Of a stretch of 34,027 bases of DNA, positions 1-8,685 are shown piece by piece. This DNA is from a virus (taxonomy: Duplodnaviria > Caudoviricetes): positions 1 through 34,027 of the IMG/VR virus record IMGVR_UViG_3300027265_000051. One strand, given 5' to 3'. The number at the start of each line of letters is the position of its first letter. Positions within the stretch are counted from its first letter, which is position 1. A model generated the notes under the pieces. The model did not search any database and was not told the DNA's origin. It saw only the letters and a list, made by a program, of their open reading frames with translations. The translations under genes and the position numbers were made by a program.

Positions 1-2
1 AA

Positions 3-134
3 AAACAATTATTAAATGCTAATGAAATCAGAGCAATTCATGGAGCAAAAGAAAAAGCTCCGAAATTCGAAACTTTATTAAGGTGGATTGTCTTTTGGTT
101 TATTTCGGGAATTAGTGTCGACTTCATCGTATGA
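3..134 (+). CDS. possible 3' end of a host ORF (partial)
   Basis: Open frame from the window edge, KQLLNANEIR...WIVFWFISGISVDFIV, ending TGA at 132-134; no family recognised. Confidence 0.25.
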   Translation, partial: KQLLNANEIRAIHGAKEKAPKFETLLRWIVFWFISGISVDFIV

Positions 135-341
135 AAGTGAAATAACTACCCTACGTAAACACCACCTTTCTTGTTTTAATAAAACCGAGTTTTCGTTGCG
201 CTTTACCCAAACTAATTATAGAACCATTTGAAGCGCTGAAATATGCTTTTTCTGAGAGTTTAGTTTAGTAATAATCTGGAAAGTTGAAAAGAAAACAATA
301 GCAAACACCTATTGTAATTGGACGGAACTAAGCCAATAAAG

Positions 342-368
342 TTCTTCTTCTTCTTCTTCTTCTTCTTC
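342..368. repeat. (TTC)9 trinucleotide microsatellite on the host side
   Basis: Nine perfect TTC copies read directly. Confidence 0.9.
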
Positions 369-509
369 GCAACCCAATTAAAAATGGTGCTATCTAAAAG
401 TACCGGTTTTTCAGTATAAAAATAATGCACTGCAGATACTATTCTTACTGAACTTTAAGAAAAGAATGAAAATAAATTAGTACAAAGTGGAAGTTCTCGT
501 TTTTTTTTC

Positions 510-517
510 TAATTTTG
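510..517 (+). promoter_or_regulatory. Bacteroidota-type -7 promoter element for the tRNA
   Basis: TAATTTTG matches TAnnTTTG, about 30 nt upstream of the tRNA. Confidence 0.6.
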
Positions 518-546
518 CAACCCTAAGTAAATAAAGTTCATTATTT

Positions 547-622
547 CGGGGTGTAGCGTAGCCCGGTTCATCGCGCCTGCTTTGGGAGCAGGAGGTCGCA
601 GGTTCGAATCCTGCCACCCCGA
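547..622 (+). tRNA. tRNA-Pro (anticodon TGG), CCA not encoded; probable integration target
   Basis: Acceptor stem CGGGGTG/CACCCCG, anticodon arm CCTGC-TT TGG GA-GCAGG (TGG at 583-585), T-arm GCAGG-TTCGAAT-CCTGC. Confidence 0.97.
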
Positions 623-636
623 CGGAAAAGAGAGAT

Positions 637-665
637 AGGATGCTGATAATCAGCATCCTTTTTTA
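637..665 (+). terminator. Intrinsic terminator after the tRNA
   Basis: AGGATGCTGA-TAA-TCAGCATCCT, 10 bp stem followed by a T run. Confidence 0.8.
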
Positions 666-671
666 TTTTCA

Positions 672-691
672 GACACTTTTCGGACACCTTT
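672..691. repeat. Direct repeat, candidate integrase arm-type sites of attL
   Basis: GACACTTTT and GACACCTTT, 11 bp apart, just after the tRNA terminator. Confidence 0.45.
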
Positions 692-1138
692 TTACAATTA
701 TTTTGTTAAAATTTTGGCTTTTCCTGAAATGTTGCCAGAATTTCTATTAAAAAGCTGTTTTTCTTGAAACGTTCTAATAATTACTTTGCTTTATTGGAAG
801 CCCCCCTTGTCAAACATCAGCTTTAATATAAAATTATTAAAACCGCTGCACTCATAGGTATATCAGGCAAGTGTTACAAAACAACATAGTCCCCCTATAC
901 ACCATCAGAAAATAATTTATGATTATTTGAAATCCCTGCACTCCTACGTACATTTGAAGCGCAAGAGATTTTAACATTAGCATTGTTAAAGACTAATTTT
1001 CTAAGTGCTGAAATTGTTTTTTAACTTTGTCTATGTGTTAAATTCTGCACTTAAACACAAGCTTTAAACATATAAAGAAACTATTGTTTGTGTACTCGCT
1101 TTATGCAGTTTAATTTTGTACTGTAAGCAATAATTTTA

Positions 1139-1294
1139 ATGAAGAACAAGGGTAATATAATATCTGATAAATCTTTAAACTCGCTTATCTCGAAAATTCC
1201 AGATAGTCATAAAAAGGATATTTGGGATAAGGTCTATATTATTGCAAAGATTTTATTTATTCTTTCCACAATACTTTCTTTACTATTCAAGTAA
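1139..1294 (+). CDS. 51 aa small protein with C-terminal membrane anchor (not in ORF track)
   Basis: MKNKGNII...WDKVYIIAKILFILSTILSLLFK; TAATTTTG promoter element at 1111-1118. Confidence 0.5.
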   Translation: MKNKGNIISDKSLNSLISKIPDSHKKDIWDKVYIIAKILFILSTILSLLFK

Positions 1295-1400
1295 CTTATT
1301 GATTTGTTTTCTGGAGCTGGGGGTTTTCTAATTAAGTATTAAATTATTTTATATATTTGGGTTGCCAACAGGGTTAAGTTATACATTAAATTATAATACA

Positions 1401-1493
1401 ATGAAACTTAAAATTAGCGTTGGTTTTGTCTACGCAGTCACTAAATTATTAGTTGCTGCAACAATTCTGGCTATGATGCTTAAATTATTATAG
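1401..1493 (+). CDS. 30 aa hydrophobic peptide, type I toxin-like (not in ORF track)
   Basis: MKLKISVGFVYAVTKLLVAATILAMMLKLL; own TATATTTG element (1352-1359), structured 3' UTR and terminator. Confidence 0.55.
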   Translation: MKLKISVGFVYAVTKLLVAATILAMMLKLL

Positions 1494-1558
1494 CCAGCGC
1501 CCCCAAAGAGATTTTTCTCTATTGGGGGAGCCGAAACTCGACTCACACCTGTTGGTTT

Positions 1559-1586
1559 AACCCTCTCATTTTGGGAGGGTTTTTTA
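1559..1586 (+). terminator. Intrinsic terminator
   Basis: AACCCTCTCA-TTT-TGGGAGGGTT (one G-U pair) followed by a T run. Confidence 0.75.
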
Positions 1587-1635
1587 TTTGCATTTAAAAA
1601 TTTTTATTACATTTATCACTTCTAAATATGATATT

Positions 1636-2742
1636 ATGGATTTAAAAGATGTATTAAAAGCTTTAGGTGACAGAGTTATTAAACTCAAAGACCAAATTGG
1701 AACAGAAGAAGCAACAAAGAATGCTTTTGTAATGCCATTTATTCAGGCTCTGGGATATGATTTATTCAACCCCCTCGAAGTTGTGCCTGAATTTACAGCA
1801 GACATAGGAATAAAAAAAGGAGAAAAGGTAGATTATGCAATACTAAAAGATGGTCAACCCATTATTCTTATTGAGTGTAAATGGTGGGGTGAAAATCTGG
1901 ATGTACATAATTCTCAGCTTTTCCGCTATTTTCATACAACAAAATCTAAGTTTGGTCTGCTTACAAATGGTTTTGTTTATAGGTTCTACACAGACCTTGT
2001 TGAACCAAACAAAATGGATGAAAAGCCATTTCTTGAGTTGGATTTAACCAACATAAAAGAAGTTGCTGTAAATGAAGTAAAGAAGTTTCATAAGTCCTAT
2101 TTTGATGCAAGTATTATTGTCTCAGCTGCAAGTGAACTTAAATATAGCAGTGAAATCAAAGCTATACTTAATAATGAATTAATCAATCCTTCATCTGATT
2201 TTGTAAAATTCTTTACTGGTAAGGTTTACCAAGGTAGAGCAACTGAAAAAGTGCTTGCTCAATTTACAGAACTTGTTAAAACTTCAAGCACTCAACTAAT
2301 CAATGACATTATTAATGACAGGCTGCAAGCTGCATTGAAGAAAGAAGATGAAAAAATAGTTGAAGAAATAAAAGCCAAAGAAGAAAATAAAGAAGAAAAA
2401 ATAGTAACAACTCCAGAAGAAATGGAGGCTTACTATATTGCAAAAGCTATTGTTTGTAAAAATTTTGATTCAAAAAGAATCTTTTACAGGGATTTTCAAA
2501 ACTTCTTTTCAATCCTTTTAGATGACACTATTAGACAAACTATCTGTAGATTCTATTTTCACGAAAGCAATAACAAGAAGTATATAAGCTGGTTTGATGA
2601 AACTAAAAAGGAAGCTAAAACTGAAATAAGCAAGCTTGAAGACATTTATAAATATGCTGACCAATTAATTGCAGCTACTGAAAGGCTTGTTAATGGTTAT
2701 ATACAGCCCCCAGCCAAAGAAGAAACAACAACACAACCATAA
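1636..2742 (+). CDS. Stand-alone type I restriction HsdR N-terminal-domain (PD-(D/E)XK) nuclease; accessory gene
   Basis: EEATKNAFVMPFIQALGYD...EVVPEF...KVDYAI...ILIECK...LTNG..YRFY motifs; ATG at 1636 preferred over TTG at 1588; no helicase domain, no hsdM/hsdS nearby. Confidence 0.8.
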   Translation: MDLKDVLKALGDRVIKLKDQIGTEEATKNAFVMPFIQALGYDLFNPLEVVPEFTADIGIKKGEKVDYAILKDGQPIILIECKWWGENLDVHNSQLFRYFHTTKSKFGLLTNGFVYRFYTDLVEPNKMDEKPFLELDLTNIKEVAVNEVKKFHKSYFDASIIVSAASELKYSSEIKAILNNELINPSSDFVKFFTGKVYQGRATEKVLAQFTELVKTSSTQLINDIINDRLQAALKKEDEKIVEEIKAKEENKEEKIVTTPEEMEAYYIAKAIVCKNFDSKRIFYRDFQNFFSILLDDTIRQTICRFYFHESNNKKYISWFDETKKEAKTEISKLEDIYKYADQLIAATERLVNGYIQPPAKEETTTQP

Positions 2743-2745
2743 TTG

Positions 2746-2775
2746 AAAGCCCCCTCATTTCTAAGGGGGCTTTTT
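2746..2775 (+). terminator. Intrinsic terminator
   Basis: AAAGCCCCCT...AGGGGGCTTT stem followed by Ts. Confidence 0.8.
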
Positions 2776-2923
2776 ATTTGCATATATCAACAACTACCTG
2801 TTAAAAGAAAAAAACTTATTAACAGCCTCCATTACAAACGCTAATACTTATTAACAGGGTGAAAGTTATTCAAAGTTATTTTATACTTTTAGTTCATACA
2901 AACAGTACAACAACAAAAAAACT

Positions 2924-3211
2924 ATGAAAACTTTTACAATTAAACCAGAAGAGCAGATTTTTCTTTCAGACCTAATTTTAAAAAAACACCCAAGTGTGAA
3001 TGAGAATATGAGTTATTATTTAGAAATTGGAGACGTAACTGATGGTATTCTTTCAATATGTGTAAATCATAGCGCAAAGGGTAATAATACTTTTCTTCCA
3101 ATTGAAGAAACATTTCCTCATACAATTAAAATCGAAGAAAATTTACAGTATACAATTGCTTTTCGTTCTGTGTTTGGTTGTATTGTGAATTATCGCATAT
3201 ATCAACAATAA
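2924..3211 (+). CDS. hypothetical protein (95 aa)
   Basis: A-rich leader, ATG start, TAATG overlap with the next gene. Confidence 0.65.
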   Translation: MKTFTIKPEEQIFLSDLILKKHPSVNENMSYYLEIGDVTDGILSICVNHSAKGNNTFLPIEETFPHTIKIEENLQYTIAFRSVFGCIVNYRIYQQ

Positions 3212-3468
3212 TGAACCAAGCAGAAGAAATAAAAAAACTAAATGACAGGCTCAATAAGGCTGCTAAAGAAGTTTTAAGAATTAGTGGGGAGTTGGTAAAT
3301 CTGAAAGCTGAATATAAGTTAATGAAATTCAAAGTTGATAAGTTCATTGAATTCACAGAAGACCAAGAACGAACAAACAGAAAGTTGTTATCTGAAATGA
3401 ATGACATAGCCAGAACTCAGGAACAGATTAATAAAAGATTGAATAAGCTGGAGAGCAGCAAAGATTAA
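3211..3468 (+). CDS. coiled-coil hypothetical protein (85 aa)
   Basis: ATG at 3211 coupled to the previous stop (TAATG); heptad-rich sequence. Confidence 0.7.
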   Translation: MNQAEEIKKLNDRLNKAAKEVLRISGELVNLKAEYKLMKFKVDKFIEFTEDQERTNRKLLSEMNDIARTQEQINKRLNKLESSKD

Positions 3469-3478
3469 TTCTATTTTT

Positions 3479-3901
3479 ATGAGTAAAACAAAAGAAGTAA
3501 CTAAAGAAGAAGTATTAGATTCAATATTAGATAAACTAAGCAAAGTCAAACTTAGTGCAAGTCCTTTTGACGGACAAACAGGCCATTATATAAACAATGT
3601 CTGTGAAGCTGTAGGAATATTTGTAACACTTGAAGAAGAAGAATTATTTAAAAATATATTAATCAATGATGGATTTTTAGAGTATGTAAAAAATATGCCA
3701 ATTATTAATATAACACCTAAAGGAATTGATTTTATTAACAAAGGGGGTTATGCTCATAAAAAGAATCTTGAAGAAGAAGCAAAATTAGAAGCAATAAGAG
3801 ACAAGAAATTTAATAGAAGGGAAACAATTATAACCAGATATGTTAGTATAACAGCTGTTATAATTTCATTCATTGCTTTATTAATTGCCATTTTTAAATG
3901 A
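3479..3901 (+). CDS. winged-helix-like protein with C-terminal transmembrane helix
   Basis: LINDGFL...ITPKGIDFINKGGY pattern, then hydrophobic tail YVSITAVIISFIALLIAIFK. Confidence 0.7.
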   Translation: MSKTKEVTKEEVLDSILDKLSKVKLSASPFDGQTGHYINNVCEAVGIFVTLEEEELFKNILINDGFLEYVKNMPIINITPKGIDFINKGGYAHKKNLEEEAKLEAIRDKKFNRRETIITRYVSITAVIISFIALLIAIFK

Positions 3902-3990
3902 ATCCAGAAACAAAGAATAATATTTTCAACATTATAGTAGTATTGATGCTGATTTTTCTAAGCTTTATGATATACATTACTAACCATTAA
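3898..3990 (+). CDS. 30 aa single-TM peptide (not in ORF track)
   Basis: MNPETKNNIFNIIVVLMLIFLSFMIYITNH; ATGA overlap with the upstream stop; fills the gap to the next gene. Confidence 0.5.
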   Translation: MNPETKNNIFNIIVVLMLIFLSFMIYITNH

Positions 3991-4001
3991 AAATAAAAAC
4001 T

Positions 4002-4193
4002 ATGCAAACATTTATTCAATTAACCAGAGGTGCAGAAAAGAAAATTATTATTGTGAACACTGCAAATATTGCATATTGTACACCGATTACTGGAGGAACA
4101 GTTATACATTTTAATAATGGTAATGAAAAAAGTTTTATTACCGTTAGGGAATTAATAGAAGATATTTATAAAGTAATTAAAGCTTTAAAATAA
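4002..4193 (+). CDS. small beta protein, FlbD/SwrD-like pattern
   Basis: FIQLT...IIVNTANI...TVIHF...ITVRELIEDI. Confidence 0.6.
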   Translation: MQTFIQLTRGAEKKIIIVNTANIAYCTPITGGTVIHFNNGNEKSFITVRELIEDIYKVIKALK

Positions 4194-4787
4194 ATCTTTG
4201 CTCTCCAGTATTGTTATTGAAAAGGAATTGCCCCAAATCTTTACAGATTCTCTGGCAAGCGACAGAACCTTTTTAAAATAAGGCTCTTCACAAATGATGC
4301 AGCCAGCAGAAAAATTATAAATCTGTTGGCCTGTCACGTTTTTATTGCTCCCCCTATGAAAGTGTGTTGAAAAATTTTGATTTACTTGAAACTGTGTTTT
4401 GTCCAAATCCTTGTCTCTGTCTGCATCTCTCCAGTATGACATATTTTTAACCTGTTTAAAATAAGGATAAGACAACCACTCTGTATATGAATCTACCAGC
4501 GTATAAACTCTCCTATATTGTGCAGGTGCAACAATTACAGCGGTTCCTGTTACACCCTGATAAGTGATAGGATTATTTACATAGTAAAGCCCCGCTTTTG
4601 TGCTACAGGGTACTTGTAGAACAGTTTTAACACCGTTTACTTTATAAGCTACATACAGGTTATCAGTAAAGAAGTCTGTGAAAATATCACTGGTTCTTTC
4701 AAAAATTAGATTGAGATTGTAGTTGCCTAAATTGAAAAAAGTAAATCCTTTACTTTCAACAACTGCTTTGAGTTTGCTGTATTCCAT
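4185..4787 (-). CDS. putative endolysin with L,D-transpeptidase-like His/Cys active site
   Basis: THFHRG...NFSAGC motif; last gene of the late block, near the holin; has its own late motif. Confidence 0.65.
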   Translation of the reverse strand: MEYSKLKAVVESKGFTFFNLGNYNLNLIFERTSDIFTDFFTDNLYVAYKVNGVKTVLQVPCSTKAGLYYVNNPITYQGVTGTAVIVAPAQYRRVYTLVDSYTEWLSYPYFKQVKNMSYWRDADRDKDLDKTQFQVNQNFSTHFHRGSNKNVTGQQIYNFSAGCIICEEPYFKKVLSLARESVKIWGNSFSITILESKDLF

Positions 4788-4908
4788 ATCTTTTTTTGAT
4801 AGATATGGAAAAATGAAAAGTGTTTTAAGAATTAAGATTGTTGTGTATATGGGTCAATTAATCTATTTTTGTTTTTGTACTATTCTTTTATTCAAATACA
4901 ATTAAGTT

Positions 4909-5724
4909 ATGGAAGGATTAAAAACATTTGTAGAAAATAACAATTATGAAATAATACTAGCAGTATTTCTCTCAATGTTGGGTATTATTGTTGGAGTAAT
5001 ATTACATTTTAAAAGCAAAAAAAGAAAAGCTCTATTTTACTCAAAGGCTAGTATAAATATTTTTTCAAATAAGAAGCAACTAATAAAAGATATTAAAATA
5101 TTATACAGAGATGAAAAGATTGAAAATTTAACAACAACAACAGTTGCAATTTGGAATGGTGGGAATGAAACTATTGATTACTCTGACCTTGCACCATCAA
5201 ATAAACTTAAAATCTTAAGTAGAGAAGGCATTGTTTTTTATGATTATGATTTTGTATACAGAAGCGAACCAACAAATAAAATTGATTTTCCAGATTCTAT
5301 GTTGGTAGAGGAAGTTGACAATCAAATACATTTAAAATTTGATTACATAGATAAGAAACAAGGATGCATTATTAAAATAATTCACTCTGGCAAAAACTCT
5401 GATGACATTATTGTAACTGGAACAGTTAAAGGATTTGGAAAAATAAGACAAAGAAATAATATTGAAAGTACTCAGGAGGTAACAGAAGGGTTAAATTATA
5501 AACACAAGATTTATCATCCTAATTTTAGATTAAAAGGTTTAATATTTATTTCAATGAGTATTCTATTATATTTTCTTATACCAGAAACCGAGAAAATCGC
5601 TAAGGATGTCAATGTGATATTTGCTAATATTCTTTCTGCAATTATAATGATTTATGGAATACTACTATTATTCACCACTGATACAATGCCTAGAAATATT
5701 ATTAAACATCTAAGAGATAACTAA
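4909..5724 (+). CDS. membrane protein (1 N-terminal and 2 C-terminal TM helices); inserted accessory gene
   Basis: Hydrophobic segments; opposite strand to the flanking lysis genes. Confidence 0.75.
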   Translation: MEGLKTFVENNNYEIILAVFLSMLGIIVGVILHFKSKKRKALFYSKASINIFSNKKQLIKDIKILYRDEKIENLTTTTVAIWNGGNETIDYSDLAPSNKLKILSREGIVFYDYDFVYRSEPTNKIDFPDSMLVEEVDNQIHLKFDYIDKKQGCIIKIIHSGKNSDDIIVTGTVKGFGKIRQRNNIESTQEVTEGLNYKHKIYHPNFRLKGLIFISMSILLYFLIPETEKIAKDVNVIFANILSAIIMIYGILLLFTTDTMPRNIIKHLRDN

Positions 5725-5780
5725 AATAAAAAGTTAATTTAATTATTTATATATTTAGAAAATTAGTAGTTGCAGAATTA

Positions 5781-6236
5781 TCAACTTTTTGTTTTAATAA
5801 ACTTTTCTTTGATTGTTCTGAACAAGTCACCAAAGAAAGTACCCCCAACAATCACATCTAAATTTTCAAAATTGCTTGCAAACTCACGGAGCAACACAGC
5901 AGAACCAATTGCATAAAAAATAAATGTTGTTGCAAGTGCAATCTCTGCAACAGCTCCAACTATTAAGGCCAAGCTATAATAAATAAGTTTATGACTAAGT
6001 GACAAGAGTAACCTTCCACTTATTCTTATTTTTTCTTTTCTTTTTTTTGCAGCCCACACACCAGTAATGCAATCAATAAAAATGAGTGCAAATATTCCAA
6101 AAATTAAAAGTTGGTTTGCTGCTAAAATTCTTAAAACTGCTGCTATCAAAAGAGTTTTGAAATTAAATAGCCAAAATAAAAGTTTTGGAGTGTATGCTTT
6201 TGCGCTTATAAACAATGAAATTAAAGGTGAGTTCAT
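5781..6236 (-). CDS. holin (phage holin 4-like)
   Basis: IFIDCITGVWAAKK...IS...E..S.FENL pattern with several TM segments; ATG 6236 directly follows the upstream stop. Confidence 0.75.
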   Translation of the reverse strand: MNSPLISLFISAKAYTPKLLFWLFNFKTLLIAAVLRILAANQLLIFGIFALIFIDCITGVWAAKKRKEKIRISGRLLLSLSHKLIYYSLALIVGAVAEIALATTFIFYAIGSAVLLREFASNFENLDVIVGGTFFGDLFRTIKEKFIKTKS

Positions 6237-6238
6237 AA

Positions 6239-6781
6239 TTAGTTTCCCCCCCTTCCTAAATAGATTCCACAAAAGTTTTCCCCCTGTTCTGGGTACATAT
6301 CACTTATTTTGTTTAACCCTTCGTAATACTTGGGATAAGTAGCATAGTTTGCTTCCAAGAACTTTACAAGCCTATCTGCATAGAATTGTGCTGTACTCTT
6401 AATTGTGTTCCTTAAATAGTTCATTTCATCAACTGCTGTAGGCTGTGAAAATTCACTCGCTTTTTTTGCAACTGAAATATTTGTCATCTTATAGTTGAGA
6501 TAAGGAACCAATTCATAAAGGCTATAGTGATTTTGCAGCGGTTTAATGTAGTCATTTATCAAAGTGATATATGAACTGCTTATTGTAGTTCCTGAGTTAA
6601 TATAAGCCTCTAATACGTTCTGGAGGTCTTCATATAAATGTGTCCCCAGCACTGGAATAATATATTTTTCTTGTGCTGTGATTAATATAGGAGCAATTAC
6701 TTCTTCATCTACGTTTTTTGACATAGGTGAATTTGTCTTTATGTATGTTGTATCAATGAAACTGATAATTGAATTTGCCAT
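6239..6781 (-). CDS. putative head-tail adaptor / head completion protein
   Basis: Directly downstream of the portal; AQEKYIIPVLGTHLY pattern; helical. Confidence 0.6.
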   Translation of the reverse strand: MANSIISFIDTTYIKTNSPMSKNVDEEVIAPILITAQEKYIIPVLGTHLYEDLQNVLEAYINSGTTISSSYITLINDYIKPLQNHYSLYELVPYLNYKMTNISVAKKASEFSQPTAVDEMNYLRNTIKSTAQFYADRLVKFLEANYATYPKYYEGLNKISDMYPEQGENFCGIYLGRGGN

Positions 6782-6786
6782 ATTGA

Positions 6787-8127
6787 TTATTGATTTGTAA
6801 TATTACGTTGTTGTTGTGTATTGTCTGCAACTGATGCTGCTGGAGCTGCTGCTGTCTCTGTTCTTGTGTTAAATAGTGACATCAGGAACCTGAACTTTTC
6901 ATCATTCATATACTTCTGGAACATTACAGGCTCAATTATGTTATTGAATGAGGCCAAGTAATTCAAGTGCTTTTCAACAAATAATTGCAATTGGTCAATT
7001 ACCGTTTTTTGAAGTCTGTACTCAGCAACAAGCATATCATTACCAGAAGAGTTGATTCCTTTGCTGCTTGGAAGTCCAAGTATTTCGGGATTTGTAACCC
7101 TCCAGCCTGAAAGAATCTTTTGAGTTACAATATCAATTAACTGTTGGTATTGTGTATCATTGCTGTTAGGCTGTACTACTAAAATTTCTGGTTTTTGGTC
7201 TTCGCTTGGAGAAAATAAAAGTACTGGACAACCAGCATTTTCAGCACCTGCATACTTTTTTTCAAGTTGTTCATACAACTTATCTTGTATGTGTTGCTCT
7301 GGAACTTGTTTAAAAGAAAATATAACACTTGGCTTGTAACCTGCTCTGATATTGCTTATGTGAAACAATCCAATATTATATTCTAATAGAATCCAGTTCA
7401 ATACAGAAAAATAAGAAGGGATTGAATAGACCTCAGAGCCTATATTATATTGCTTTACAAAATAAATTTGTATACTCTCCTTTTTTGCAATTGATGGGTC
7501 AAAATCTGGAATGAATATAGGTTTGTACCTGCTTGTTTTTGCCCAGTTTTCGCAGAACCTCCAGCCATTTATATTATTATTTTCTTTACAAGCTGCCTCA
7601 TATCTGATTTTGTGAATAGGGATATGATTTACATAAGCTATATTTTTTCCGTTGCTGCTCCAATGAATTTCAAGAGCAAAAGCACCAATTGCATTTAAAT
7701 CATAACTCAGCTTATAAGCAGTGTCTGCAAGGTCTTCTTCTCCCCCCTTGTTTGTTATAAATGCTTTGAAATTGCTGCTTATCTCTGATTGAATTTGGAA
7801 GCCATTTCCAGCCATTAAATCAGTGTACTTTCTGCAAGCTGCTGAATGTTCAGGAACTGCATTAAGAATGTTTATTAAGTGTTGAGGAAAAAGGTTGTCT
7901 TCTCCCCAACTTACATAATTATAACGTCCTACTTTCTCACAATACTCAGGTTTGAAGATGTATTTACCACTTATATAAGTCTCAACATTACCAAACTTTT
8001 CAACTATTTTTTGCAGGTTGCTTGTTTCTTTTTCCGTACTGCTTGCTCCTTGTGCAACTGAGAAGTTTACTTTCTTTTCTTCTTCACTTGTGCCAGCAAC
8101 ATTATAACCAATTTTCTTTTCTGCCAT
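6787..8127 (-). CDS. portal protein
   Basis: 446 aa; WGEDNLFP, HIPIHKIR, YSIPSY, KYAGAENAG and ILSGWRV..P.ILG motifs. Confidence 0.85.
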   Translation of the reverse strand: MAEKKIGYNVAGTSEEEKKVNFSVAQGASSTEKETSNLQKIVEKFGNVETYISGKYIFKPEYCEKVGRYNYVSWGEDNLFPQHLINILNAVPEHSAACRKYTDLMAGNGFQIQSEISSNFKAFITNKGGEEDLADTAYKLSYDLNAIGAFALEIHWSSNGKNIAYVNHIPIHKIRYEAACKENNNINGWRFCENWAKTSRYKPIFIPDFDPSIAKKESIQIYFVKQYNIGSEVYSIPSYFSVLNWILLEYNIGLFHISNIRAGYKPSVIFSFKQVPEQHIQDKLYEQLEKKYAGAENAGCPVLLFSPSEDQKPEILVVQPNSNDTQYQQLIDIVTQKILSGWRVTNPEILGLPSSKGINSSGNDMLVAEYRLQKTVIDQLQLFVEKHLNYLASFNNIIEPVMFQKYMNDEKFRFLMSLFNTRTETAAAPAASVADNTQQQRNITNQ

Positions 8128-8163
8128 ATCAATTTTCTTTTAGATATATTTTTTTTATGACTG

Positions 8164-8580
8164 TTAAATATTTCCCAAGAAATTCTTTGTTTGGCCTGTA
8201 GAATTCAAGAAATTGCTGTAAGAAGTGGTTCCTGTATAGTTTGGATTCTGCAACACATTCATTAAACCTTGCTCAACAAGGTTATTTGAATTGTTCAAAA
8301 TTGTGTTACCGCTGTGTGCATATACTTTGTATAAATACTCTCCTTCATCCAGATTTACAGTAGAAGCTGTTAAATTCTGGTATGTCTTACCTGTTTCAAC
8401 AAGCAAAAATTCATCATACCTTTCTGTATTGGTGCTTATGTTAACCCCAGCAAAAGCAAGTGTTTTATGACTTTGGCAGTTTTCTAACAGGAAAGAAAAA
8501 TAAGTGTTGCCTGAATAACTTATTAACTCTGAGGCTGTGAAAACTATAGTGTTTCCAGTGTTTTTATATATCTCAATCAT
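8164..8580 (-). CDS. virion structural protein (138 aa), function unknown
   Basis: Within the head/tail block; NTERYDEF, GEYLYKVY, LVEQG; own late motif. Confidence 0.7.
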   Translation of the reverse strand: MIEIYKNTGNTIVFTASELISYSGNTYFSFLLENCQSHKTLAFAGVNISTNTERYDEFLLVETGKTYQNLTASTVNLDEGEYLYKVYAHSGNTILNNSNNLVEQGLMNVLQNPNYTGTTSYSNFLNSTGQTKNFLGNI

Positions 8581-8629
8581 AAAGTTTATTTACAATAGAT
8601 ATATAAAAAGCAGAACTGTTATAAAATAG

Positions 8630-8663
8630 AAACCCCCTCAAACTATTCCAGTAGTTGAGGGGG
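8630..8663 (-). terminator. Intrinsic terminator (- strand)
   Basis: CCCCCTCAA/TTGAGGGGG stem with a T-rich tail on the - strand. Confidence 0.7.
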
Positions 8664-8685
8664 AATTATGAAAACTAAAATTTAA

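Noticed and set aside
342-368. (TTC)9 as a phase-variation switch
   Set aside because: Triplet unit does not shift frame and lies in no convincing ORF; outside the prophage
846-950. CTGCACTC(A/C)TA(G/C)GTA twice, 90 bp apart, as a mini-CRISPR or repeat array
   Set aside because: Only two 15 bp imperfect copies, spacing too long for CRISPR, no cas genes; overlapping 43 aa - strand ORF is unconvincing
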